64,000 bases of DNA from Myxococcota bacterium (GTDB taxonomy: Bacteria > Myxococcota_A > UBA9160 > UBA6930): the NCBI GenBank assembly GCA_965223415.1, contig OZ245002.1:5344001-5408000 (forward strand), given 5' to 3'. The position numbers were made by a program, and so were the translations under genes. The notes under the pieces are model-generated. The model was not told the origin of the DNA, ran no database searches, and worked only from the letters and a program-made list of their open reading frames with translations. This document shows, one piece after another, positions 39,545-48,634 of this stretch (position 1 is the first letter of the stretch; every line of letters starts with the position of its first letter).

Positions 39545-40500
39545 CGTGAAGAGGATGAGGAATGACACGGACTTGCGAGTCGTCGCACTGCAGGAGGCTG
39601 CCATAGCCTGCATTGAGGGGGCGTTTCAACTGCACCAGATCCAGCGCGGTACTACCCGGCGCCCTCCAAGGAGCGTCTCGCTTTCGAAATTACCAGCGAG
39701 GGCATCTTCAACTAGACTCGCCTACAGCGAAGTGATGCCTGCACGGATTCAGAGCGAGACGTCGCTCGAGTCAGCATCGGGCCCCGCGCCTCGGCCGTCC
39801 GCAGGCTTCAGATGCCGCTCACCGTGGCGCCGAGGCGCCTCACGTCTTCGAGGAGCCGTCTTGGATCGACCACACACCCCATGTAGCTCAGACCGGGCCG
39901 TTGGATCGTGCCGTCGAGAAGCTGTAACGCGCAGGCAACCAATGGAAACGCCGTGATCTCGTATCCGTCTTCGTGACTGACGAGCACTCCGAGACGCTCT
40001 GGAGAATCTTCGACGAGGGCCTCGGCCTCCAGTTTGATCCGGACGCTATAGGGTGGCTTCGTGAAGCGGCGATTCGCCTTCACGAAGAGGCGCGCACACC
40101 GGCGAATCGCGCTCTCGCTCCTCCCGAGTCCCAGGAGCTTGAAAAGGAAGACGAATAGATCGATGACGGGGCTGACGCCCGCAGAGTGGGCCGAGAGGTG
40201 TTTCACATCCAGCTGTTCAGGCAGCTCTCGCAGCTCGACCAGATCCATCGGGTAGCACTGCAATGCGCCGAATGGATCTCCGAACTCAACGCTCCGGGTT
40301 GCTATGAGCTTTGCCTTTTTCCATTCGCCGTCACTGAACTCCATTGCTGGGGTTGCAGCCAGCCGCAACAGATCGATCGACGATCCCAGTGCGAGTTCGG
40401 GACCCCTGATGAAGCCCGAGACGTTGGCTGCCTGCAGCTTGCCCTGTCCCCCCTGGCGGTTGACACGATCTGAGCTGGGAATCCCCTCCTGGTTGCGGCC

Positions 40501-41388
40501 TCAAGCGGCCTGGTTGAACTCGATACCGAGGTTCTCGGCTCGTTTCTCGGCAGGCGTCATCCAGCCGAGAGCTTGGTGAGGCCGGACGTGGTTGTAGACG
40601 TGCAGCCACTGCTTCACGGCCTCGCGAAGCTCGGCGACGGTCTGCCAGTCTTGCGTCCAGATCAGCTCCACCTTCAGCGTCTGGATGAAGCGCTCGGCGA
40701 CGGCGTTGCCCGTGGGTCGGCCCACGGGCGCGAACGTGTGGTCGAGGCGCCAGGCCTTGCAGAGGGCCTCGCAGTCCGAGCCCGTGTACTGCGGCCCGTG
40801 GTCGCTGCGAAGCTCCAGCCCCTCGGGCACCGACGCGCGCGACCCGAAGGCCTCTTCGAGGCTCCGTTCGACCGGCGCCAGGACGGCGGGCGACTCCTGG
40901 GACTTCGTCACCTCGACGTCGAACACCACCCGGTCGCCGCAGTCGATGACCGGGACCAAGGCTACGGTGCCCTCCTGGGCCGTCCAGGTCGTCGTCAGGT
41001 CCGTGGCCCAGCGCCGGTTCGATTCCGGCACCGCCACATGCCCTCCCTGGAGCGGCTGGGCCCGCTCCGAGATCGGCGGCAGGCAAAGCCCCAAGGCCTT
41101 CATCCGCTTCCAGACCCGCTTGCGCGACACGACCGTCCCCAGCCGCCGCAGGTACGCCCAGACCTTGCGAACGCCCCAGGCCGGAAACTCGGCCACCACG
41201 TCCTTGATCTTCTCGATCAGCGTCGCATCCGAGACCCACGGCCCCCGGCGCTCCGGACGCCGGAGGGCTTCCGGCTCCTGCGCCGAGGACGGCGCCTTGC
41301 GCGCCGTGTAGTACGCCTGGCGCGAGATCCCGAAGGCCTCGCACAGCTGCCCCACCCTGGCCTCACCCCGGGACGTGGTGAGGCTCAT
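40501..41388 (-). CDS. IS3-family transposase OrfB (rve DDE)
   Basis: WGVRKVWA, WATDLT, LRSDHGPQY, NAVAERFIQTLK, YNHVRPHQAL. Confidence 0.92.
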   Translation of the reverse strand: MSLTTSRGEARVGQLCEAFGISRQAYYTARKAPSSAQEPEALRRPERRGPWVSDATLIEKIKDVVAEFPAWGVRKVWAYLRRLGTVVSRKRVWKRMKALGLCLPPISERAQPLQGGHVAVPESNRRWATDLTTTWTAQEGTVALVPVIDCGDRVVFDVEVTKSQESPAVLAPVERSLEEAFGSRASVPEGLELRSDHGPQYTGSDCEALCKAWRLDHTFAPVGRPTGNAVAERFIQTLKVELIWTQDWQTVAELREAVKQWLHVYNHVRPHQALGWMTPAEKRAENLGIEFNQAA

Positions 41389-41795
41389 CGTCGAGACCTC
41401 CCGGGCCGTGAAGGGCGGTCCTTGAGCGCCCGATCCACCAGCTCGTGCTTGATCGCCAGGTGCGTGAAGGCCTTCTCCAGGCTCCCGAGCTCCTTCTCCA
41501 GCTGCAGCTCCCGGGCCGACTTGCCCGAGCCCTGGCGCAGCGCCTGGCCGATGCCCTCCATCGCCTGCTCCCGCCAGCCCTCCACCGTGCTCGCGCGAAC
41601 GCCGAAACGCCGGGCAATCTGGTCCACGCTGGCCTTGCCGCTCAAGAGCTCCAGCACCGCCTCTGTCCGCTCCTCGGTGCTACGACGACCCGGCCGGCCG
41701 CGCACGGGGTCGCCGAGGGCCTCCGCCTCGCTCCGCTCGGCTCCGCCCCTCGGCGACCCCGAACCCCTTCGACTCCTGCTCTGCTTCCTGCTCAT
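41385..41795 (-). CDS. IS3-family transposase OrfA (HTH)
   Basis: RTEAVLELLSGKASVDQIARRFGV...W + coiled coil; ATGA overlap with orfB. Confidence 0.85.
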   Translation of the reverse strand: MSRKQSRSRRGSGSPRGGAERSEAEALGDPVRGRPGRRSTEERTEAVLELLSGKASVDQIARRFGVRASTVEGWREQAMEGIGQALRQGSGKSARELQLEKELGSLEKAFTHLAIKHELVDRALKDRPSRPGRSRR

Positions 41796-42274
41796 CTTCC
41801 CCTCTCTGCGAAGGGGATTTCCTAACCCGAATGTGTCAACCCAGCAAAGGGGGACGCGGTAGTTGGCTGCCTGCAGCTCTCCAAGTTGATCTGCTGCCAG
41901 GCGTACCAGGGTGGCGGGCAATCCGGGAAGCGCTCCGGCCTCCGTGATGAAGCGGAGGCCAGAGCGCTCGATCGTCGGTCCGAGGTCGCGGAGTGCCGCG
42001 GCCTTCTGCAGCCCCAGGCTGATGTCGATCCAGTCGACGCCAGCCTCGATCGCGGTCAGGGCCACGCGGTGCGCGATTCCTTCGAGGGGGATGCAGACGA
42101 TGATGAGATCGCAGCCTTCCAGCCCGGTTGTAAGGGATGCCGCGTCGTTGGCGTCGACCTGCGCGGCGCCCACGCGCTCAGGGTCGAGCCCTGTCGCAGG
42201 ACGTGATATTCGAGGGCTAAGAGGACACGTAGATTTGCGCACCTCCTGTTGAGCCGCTGCGCGGCACGTTCCCC

Positions 42275-43561
42275 GTGAGGGAGGGGGGCGTGGGGCAGCG
42301 GCGACTGAGGCAGGAGGAAGTGATGACGATCGAAGTGCTGCACGAGCGGGGGTGCTCGAACCGGGAGATCGCCCGCCAGCTGGGGATCCGGGAGAGCGCG
42401 GTGCGCTACCGGCTGAAGCGGCTGGCGGAGGGGGCGCGAGACGGCCGGAGCGGGAAGCCCTTCCTGGCCGAGGCGGTCCACGAGGTGATCGCGGAGTGGC
42501 TGGAGGCGAGCTCGGGAGGCCGTGGCGTGAACCTGCAGGAGCTTCACGAGTTCCTGGTGGAGGAGCACGGGTACACGGGGAGCTCCAAGAGCGTGCAGCG
42601 GTACGTGCGGGCCCGGTTCCCGAGACCGAAGGTGCGGAGCCGGCGTCGGGTGGAGACACCGCCCGGGGCGCAGGGTCAGGTGGACTGGGGCGAGTTTCCG
42701 GGCGTGCGGATCGGGGGCCAGGAGGTGGACCTGCATGCCTTCCACCTGGTGCTCTCGCACTCGCGGCGAGAAGCGGTGGTGTGGTCGGAGCGGGCGGACA
42801 CGCTGGCGTGGCTGGACGTGCACAACCGGGCCTTCGAGCGGCTGGGCGGGGTGCCGGCGGTGCTGCGGGTCGACAACGTGAAGACAGCGGTGGCGAAGGG
42901 GGCGGGGCCATGGGGGACGGTGAACCCGGCTTACGCGAGCTATGCCGGGGCCCTTCGCTTCCACGTGGACGCCACCCGTCCCCGCCAGCCGCAGGAGAAG
43001 GGGAAGGTGGAGCGTCGGATCCTGGGGCACCGGCGGGGCTTCGATCCGCGTCGGCGGGAGCACGAGAGCCTGGAGTCGCTGCAAGCGTGGACGGACGGCC
43101 AGGTGGCGCGCTCGAGCCACCGGCGGCAGTGCCCGGCGACGGGCACGACGGTCTTCCAGGCGTGGGAGGCGGAGAAGCCCCATCTCGGGGCCCTGCCCGA
43201 GCGGCTTCCCGAGCCCTTCGACCTGGCCGTGATGCGACGTGTCGGGCGCGACGCCACGGTGCGCTTCGAGGGGCGTACCTACAGCGTCCCCTTCCGCTTC
43301 GTCGAGCAGAGCGTCGAGGTGCGCGGCTGCGCCCGGCAGGTGCAGGTCTGGGCCGAGGGCTCGGTGGTGGCCGCGCACCCGCGCCACACGCGAAGCCGCC
43401 TGCTGCTGGACCCGAGCCACTACGAGGGGCCGAGCACGGAGGGGGTGGAGGCGCCCGTACCGCTCGGGCGCATGGGTCGACGCCTCCAGGAGCTGTGGGC
43501 GATGGAGCCGGAGCAGCGGCCGATCGACCTCTATGCCGATCTGGCGGAGGTGGCGCGATGA
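42275..43561 (+). CDS. istA: IS21 transposase IstA
   Basis: ETPPGAQGQVDWGE, RVDNVKTAV, PQEKGKVER; exact start uncertain. Confidence 0.92.
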   Translation: MREGGVGQRRLRQEEVMTIEVLHERGCSNREIARQLGIRESAVRYRLKRLAEGARDGRSGKPFLAEAVHEVIAEWLEASSGGRGVNLQELHEFLVEEHGYTGSSKSVQRYVRARFPRPKVRSRRRVETPPGAQGQVDWGEFPGVRIGGQEVDLHAFHLVLSHSRREAVVWSERADTLAWLDVHNRAFERLGGVPAVLRVDNVKTAVAKGAGPWGTVNPAYASYAGALRFHVDATRPRQPQEKGKVERRILGHRRGFDPRRREHESLESLQAWTDGQVARSSHRRQCPATGTTVFQAWEAEKPHLGALPERLPEPFDLAVMRRVGRDATVRFEGRTYSVPFRFVEQSVEVRGCARQVQVWAEGSVVAAHPRHTRSRLLLDPSHYEGPSTEGVEAPVPLGRMGRRLQELWAMEPEQRPIDLYADLAEVAR

Positions 43562-44198
43562 CGGCGGGAAACCCGGTGCCCAAGAAGGGCGGCAAGGTGG
43601 ATCTCGACCCGACCCGCGAGCGGCTCGTGCGCCTCGGCCTCCATCACGCGGCCGAGCACATCGGCGAGGAGCTGGCCCGAGCGACCAAGGACGACCTCGT
43701 GCCCCACCGCTTCCTCGACCTGCTGCTCGAGGCCGAGCTGCAGCACCGCGAGGAGCGGAGGATGAAGACCTCGCTCCGTCTCTCGGGCCTTCCCACGGGG
43801 CAGACCCTCGGCAACTTCGACTTCGCCTTCCAGCCGAGTGTGGAGCGGAGCCGGATCGAGACGCTGGGCACCTGCGCGTGGATCCGGGCCAAGGAGAGTC
43901 TGCTGATCCAGGGTCCGCCGGGAGTGGGCAAGACCCACCTGGCGGTGGCCCTGGGGGTGCGGGCCGTGGAGAACGGCTTCTCCGTGGCCTTCCATCGCCT
44001 CGAGGACCTGCTGGCGGCCCTCAAGCGCGACGCCGAGATCAGCCCGCAACGGCTGCGGCGGCGCAAGCACATGAACGTGGCGCTCCTCGTCATCGACGAG
44101 GTCGGTGTCGATTCCCGCGGGCATGACCCAGGTATTCTCACGGGGTTGACCCATGGGTCCCGGGCCGGTGGATGAGGTAGCACGCTCCTTGTTTGGCG

Positions 44199-45005
44199 TC
44201 AGCGGACGCGGGTTCGGCGGCGGCTTCGGCGCTGGGGATTGGCGGGGGTGTGGGTCGGCATTTCGCCGGGGCGCTGTTGCTTGCGGTAGCTCTCGCCCTC
44301 GATGACGAGCTGGTAGGCGTTGTGGGCGAGGCGGTCGAGGGCGCTCTGGGCCAGGATGGGGTCGTCGAAGAGGGGGATCCATTCCTCGATGGCGCGGTTG
44401 CTGGTGACGATCGTCGAAGCGCGGCGGTGGCGTTCGAGGACGACCTCGTAGAGATCGCTCGACTGCTCGGCGGAGAGGCGCCGGAGGCCGAAGTCGTCGA
44501 GGACGAGGAGGTCCGGGGCGAGGAGGCGTCGGAAGACCTTCTCGGTCGAGAGGTCGGCTCGCGACTGGTGGAGCCAGTGGAACATGCGGTCGACGCGGAG
44601 GAAGAGGACGTGGTGCCCGGCCCGGCAGGCGGCGTGTCCCAGGGCGGAGGCCAGGAAGGTCTTGCCCACGCCCACGGGGCCGAGCAGGATGACGTCCTCG
44701 TGGCGCTCGAGGAAGCCGAGGGAGAAGAGGTCCTTCACGCGATCGCGATCGAAGGTGACGGGGGCATCCCAGTCGAAGGCCTCGAGGGTCTGCTCTTCCT
44801 CGAAGCCGGCGCGGGAAAGGCGCGTCTCGAGGTTCTTGTGGTCGCGGCGATCGACTTCGTCCTGAAGGACGAGCTCCAGGAGGTCGAGCTCAGGGAGCTT
44901 CGTCTTCCGGGTGTAGGCCACGCGATCGGGGAGCGTGGCCAGCATGCCCGAGAGCTTCAGGCGTTTGAGCAGGGTCTTGAGGGACGGGTTGATCTCGGTC
45001 GTCAT
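44199..45005 (-). CDS. istB: IS21 helper ATPase IstB
   Basis: GPVGVGKTFLA, LLVLDDFG, ALDRLAHNA. Confidence 0.93.
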   Translation of the reverse strand: MTTEINPSLKTLLKRLKLSGMLATLPDRVAYTRKTKLPELDLLELVLQDEVDRRDHKNLETRLSRAGFEEEQTLEAFDWDAPVTFDRDRVKDLFSLGFLERHEDVILLGPVGVGKTFLASALGHAACRAGHHVLFLRVDRMFHWLHQSRADLSTEKVFRRLLAPDLLVLDDFGLRRLSAEQSSDLYEVVLERHRRASTIVTSNRAIEEWIPLFDDPILAQSALDRLAHNAYQLVIEGESYRKQQRPGEMPTHTPANPQRRSRRRTRVR

Positions 45006-46602
45006 GGGGGGTGGTCTCCTTGTCGGGGTTGTCGTTGGGGTGGGTGAAGTGCCCTTGCGGGCGCAGGAAACGGGGCGGCAGGAGCAGGAGCTGTCCGGGG
45101 GTGCTGGGGTCGCCGAGCGGCTGGATGCCTTCGGCCACGATGCGTTCGAGGCGCTTCGTGTTGATGAGGTCGAAGGCGAGGGCCCTGCGGCAGCCGGCGT
45201 CGACGCGCGGCAGGCCGTACTTGTGGCCGAGGCGAAGCAGCTTCTGGGCCTGGCGGAGCTTGGACCAGGGGAAGGGGCCGGCCAGGAGCTTCTCGGCGAA
45301 GCGCCCAATGTGAGGCCCCTGGTCGCGCGCCTGGCGGATCGCCGCTTCCGGGTCCCGCATGGCGTAGGGGGCACGCTCGGGCGGATAGTCGTGGTAGTCG
45401 GTGGAGCGGCAGCCAGGGTCCACGCGCTCGTGGGTCTTGATGCACTCGCCGTCGACGTACATGCGGATGAGCTTCGAGTCGCCGCGAACCCAGACGCGCT
45501 TGCCCACGTGGCGGGTGGGCACGGTGTAGAAGGCCTTTTGGAACTGGACGTGGTGGTCGGGGTGGACCTTCGCCTCGGCCCAGGTGGGCGGATCGAAGCG
45601 CGGGCGCACGAGGGGCTGCAGAGCCGGCTTCTCCGTGTTCTCGAAGACGGCCAGGGGCCTCTTGCGCGTCGTCCCGTGAGTGCGCTGGCCGGCGACCTCC
45701 AGGCACCAGCGCGCGGCCTCGCGCTGCACGTGGTCGCGTCCCAGCCACTGCTCGCCACGGAAGAAGCGCTCGCGCACGTACTGCACCTGGCGCTCGACGT
45801 GGGGCTTGCCCTTGGGATGCCGAGGCACGGCGGCATCGATGACGAAGCCGCGGTAGTGGGCGTACTCGGCGAAGGTGCGCTGGAAGATCGGCTCGTAGCG
45901 GTCGGCCTTCGTGACGGCCGCCTTCAGATTGTCCAGCACCACGCGCACCGGGACCCCGCCGAAGAACGCCCAGGCGTCCTCGAGCCCCTCGAGCAGATCG
46001 GGGAGCTTCTGGCCGTAGGTCACGTGGACGTACTGGTGGCGGCTATGGACGAGGGTGACGATCAGGGCATGAACGGTGCGGCGGCGCCCGGTCTCCGGAT
46101 CCCAGACCATGCCGAGGCGGCCGAAGTCGACCTCGGCGAGCTCGCCGGGGGCCACCGCCGCCATGCGCACCGTCACCCGGCGCCGGTCTTGGAACCCGCA
46201 GTGGCGGACCGCGAAGCGGTGGAGCGAGCTGTAGGGGACGCGCACGCCCTCGCGCCCGAGCAGGTCGTAGACCTTCGTCAGCCGCAGTCCTCGGCCACCC
46301 GCCTCGGGCTGGAGCCACGCTCGGATCCGGTCGGCATGCGGCGCCAGCTGCGCCTCGCTCTCTCCCGCGTCGCGCTGCGTGGGCACAGGCCGCACCCGAG
46401 CCGCCACCCCTTGGGCCAGGGCCTCATCCGGCTCCCTCGGCCCCCTGGCGACCCAGCCCAGCTCCCCGGCGACTTGCACGTAGCGCCGGATCGTCTTGCG
46501 CGTGTGCCCCGTGGCCCGCGCCATCGCCACCTGGCTCTCGCCTCGGTGCGCCCGGCGGAGCACCTCCAGAATCTCCCACATGCCGACCTCGCGATACGCC
46601 AT
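44890..46602 (-). CDS. istA: IS21 transposase IstA
   Basis: PGELAEVDFG, LDNLKAAV, PKGKPHVER. Confidence 0.92.
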   Translation of the reverse strand: MAYREVGMWEILEVLRRAHRGESQVAMARATGHTRKTIRRYVQVAGELGWVARGPREPDEALAQGVAARVRPVPTQRDAGESEAQLAPHADRIRAWLQPEAGGRGLRLTKVYDLLGREGVRVPYSSLHRFAVRHCGFQDRRRVTVRMAAVAPGELAEVDFGRLGMVWDPETGRRRTVHALIVTLVHSRHQYVHVTYGQKLPDLLEGLEDAWAFFGGVPVRVVLDNLKAAVTKADRYEPIFQRTFAEYAHYRGFVIDAAVPRHPKGKPHVERQVQYVRERFFRGEQWLGRDHVQREAARWCLEVAGQRTHGTTRKRPLAVFENTEKPALQPLVRPRFDPPTWAEAKVHPDHHVQFQKAFYTVPTRHVGKRVWVRGDSKLIRMYVDGECIKTHERVDPGCRSTDYHDYPPERAPYAMRDPEAAIRQARDQGPHIGRFAEKLLAGPFPWSKLRQAQKLLRLGHKYGLPRVDAGCRRALAFDLINTKRLERIVAEGIQPLGDPSTPGQLLLLPPRFLRPQGHFTHPNDNPDKETTPHDDRDQPVPQDPAQTPEALGHAGHAPRSRGLHPEDEAP

Positions 46603-47934
46603 CTGCCTGCGCCTCCTCTGGCGCCGCAGAATGGCCTGGGTCGGCCACGGGACCGGCCTCCTCCTGAGCCCCCCCCATCTGGGGTGGGTCATGCTCGTGA
46701 GAAAACCGCGGTCAGGCCTGGGTCATGCCCGTGAGAAAAGGTGAGTCATGCCCGTGAGAAATGACAGTCGGCTTCGAGCCCATGACGCGCCAGGAGGCGA
46801 GCCTCTTCTTCCGGCTCGTCTCCTACCGCTATGGGAGGGGCTCGATCCTGATCACCACGAACAAGGGCATCGCCGACTGGCCCGAGGTGCTGGCGGGCGA
46901 CGAGGTGCTGGCCACCGCCATCCTCGATCGCCTCCTCCACCACAGCCAGGTGCTCAACATCTCGGGGCGGAGCTACCGGCTCCGCGAGCTCGAGCAGGCC
47001 GCGGGGCAAAGCGCCCAGCGTTGAGGCCCCAGAGGGCGGCCTGACGGCCGTGCTCTCCTTCGGAGAGCGGAAGAGAAGAAGGAAGAACCGAACATCAACC
47101 CAGGGGGGTGCGCAAAACTAGCCGTCCTCTTAGCGCGCAAGAGATGACGTCCCTCGACAAGCCCCAAGCCGAGTTCGGCCGCCGCCGCGCTCGCTTGCTT
47201 CGCATCTCGGCCCGCGAGGGTGACGTCGAGTGAAGTTTCGCGAAGCAACAGCCGCGCGATGGCCCGTCCCGCGGCGCCGTACCCTCCGAGAATCAGTGCC
47301 CGTTCTGCCAAGGTCTCGCTCCCGCGTTGGTGACGCCCTCTCGCTCGGTCCCGACTGTGAGCGTCACGGCGTGAGAGGATGGTATCCGATTCTCCGGAGT
47401 CCCCTGGAGCGAGTCGCCACGGATGCCTTCAAGCACGCGCAAGGCTCACTCGATTCCGAGCCTCTTCATCCTCTTGAAGGCTCCCTCACGAGTGGTCTAT
47501 CCAGATGGATCACTGCGCTATGAGGGCCTCTACGACTAGATGCAGCGACTGGGGATGGGCGAGTCCCGCGCGTTGCCGGATCCGCGGCGTTGTGGGATGA
47601 GGGAACCCAGTGAGGAGCCTACGTCTCTTGCGCCGAGTCCCCAGTTTCGTTCATGACGGTCGGACCAGCCGAGAGGCGAGAAGATCTGATGGCAGGGAGG
47701 CCACGGCCGCTGGAGCTAGCGGTGCAAGGTTCGGCCTCGCGGCTCGCGCTTGGCGCAGTTTCGCTCGGCGCCCAGAACGGATCTGCGATTGTTCGTGCCG
47801 CCCGGCGCCGTTCGGAGCCGCTATCCCGAGGCCCCTATGTGCCCGCCGGTGGCGGGCAATCCCGAACTGACCCTCAGGCCAGGAGGAAGAGGATCACTCG
47901 CAGCTTCCCGCCTAACCACCGAGAGCGAGTAGCC

Positions 47935-47978
47935 GCGACCTGGGATTCGAACCCTCGACCCCCAGGTTCGAAGCCTGG
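47935..47978 (-). other. 3' remnant of tRNA-Arg(TCG), putative att site
   Basis: Minus strand CCAGG-CTTCGAA-CCTGG anticodon arm then GAGGGTTCGAATCCC T-arm; no D-arm, no acceptor pairing; GGGTGCA tandem repeats adjacent at ~47987-48003. Confidence 0.7.
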
Positions 47979-48068
47979 TCTGCAGGGGGTGCAATAGGGT
48001 GCAGGGAGGTGTCGTTTCGACGGCACCAGATCGGCGGACGGCACTGGACGGCGCCTCCCGGGAGAGTC

Positions 48069-48355
48069 TCACTGGTAGCGATCTCGCACGTTCGTGCTGC
48101 GTACGCACTGGAGCCACATCGACCCGGCTGCGGGGAGGCTCTTCTCCACTCGCTCGAGCGGTGCGACTCCCACTTCCATCCTGCCCCGTTGCGGGTGGTT
48201 CACGTCCATGATGCGCAGCAGCACGGCGCCGATGAGGAGCACGAGCAGCAGCATCGGCGCCCGGCCTCGCTGCGATGCGGCACCGAAGCTCCAGGCCAGG
48301 AAGGCGATGGCGAGCGCCGCTACGGCCAGCAGAAGGAAGTAGAGCGCCTGGGCGC
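48069..48355 (-). pseudogene. C-terminal fragment of a DUF4239-like membrane protein
   Basis: Two TM segments then IMDVNHPQRGRMEVGVAPL; no start. Confidence 0.5.
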
Positions 48356-48394
48356 ACGACCGAGGCGAGCCGCAGCTCGTGGAGGTCAATCTAG

Positions 48395-48560
48395 ACGGCC
48401 TAGAGCCAGGAAGAGAGGGAGGCGGATCGGTCGGCCAAACGCGCTTACCCAGCGGCAGATCGAGCGTGCTCGCCGGCTTTCCGCCAGTGGCTCCAGCCTG
48501 CCCGAGATCGCCGACATGCTCGGTCCGTCCAAAAGCGCCGTGCACCGAGCCCTGGCCTAA
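48395..48560 (+). pseudogene. Serine recombinase/resolvase C-terminal HTH remnant
   Basis: RARKRGRRIGRPNALT...GSSLPEIADMLGPSKSAVHRAL. Confidence 0.7.
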
Positions 48561-48634
48561 GTAGCCGCTTCGGCACTAGCTCAGACGGCCACACTTCCCG
48601 CCCCTTCTGATGCCCCGCGGGGTATCATCTCATT

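Larger units (their letters stand above)
40440..41861 (-). mobile_element. IS3-family-like insertion sequence (1422 bp)
   Basis: Imperfect TIRs TGCCCTGTCCCCC..GGTTGACAC / TACCGCGTCCCCC..GGTTGACAC; flanked by 17-bp direct repeats. Confidence 0.88.
44106..46766 (-). mobile_element. IS21-family element (inner, intact, 2661 bp)
   Basis: TG..CA ends TGTCGATTCCCGCGGGCATGAC / TGTCATTTCTCACGGGCATGAC with subterminal repeats; GTCGG duplication at 44101-44105 and 46767-46771. Confidence 0.93.
43558..47024 (+). pseudogene. istB: IS21 helper ATPase IstB, interrupted at Walker B
   Basis: GPPGVGKTHLA...VIDEVG (to 44105) continues FEPMTRQEASLFF...AILDRLLHH (46772-47024). Confidence 0.92.
42205..47145 (+). 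mobile_element. IS21-family element (outer), interrupted by a second IS21; ends +/- 2 bp
   Basis: Inverted ends sharing GCTAAGAGGAC..TAG.TTTGCGCACC; GACGT duplicated at 42200-42204 and 47146-47150. Confidence 0.85.
39808..47311 (-). pseudogene. Saccharopine dehydrogenase-like oxidoreductase split in three by IS elements
   Basis: Pieces 47311-47146 (ILGGYGAAG), 42204-41862 (EAGALPGLP) and 40439-39808; removing the ISs and one copy of each duplication restores one frame (EGRPATG; ELQAANVSGF). Confidence 0.88.

Noticed and set aside
39430..39620. Possible 6S RNA or other structured RNA
   Set aside because: Only a local hairpin (ATGGGCG..CGCCCAT) is visible; no long rod structure could be paired by eye, and the GGTTCGAA part is explained by the tRNA-derived repeat. 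An Rfam scan would settle it.
46686..46766. Short tandem repeats GTCATGCCCGTGAGAAA as a CRISPR-like array
   Set aside because: These are the subterminal transposase-binding repeats of the IS21 end; there are no spacers or cas genes.
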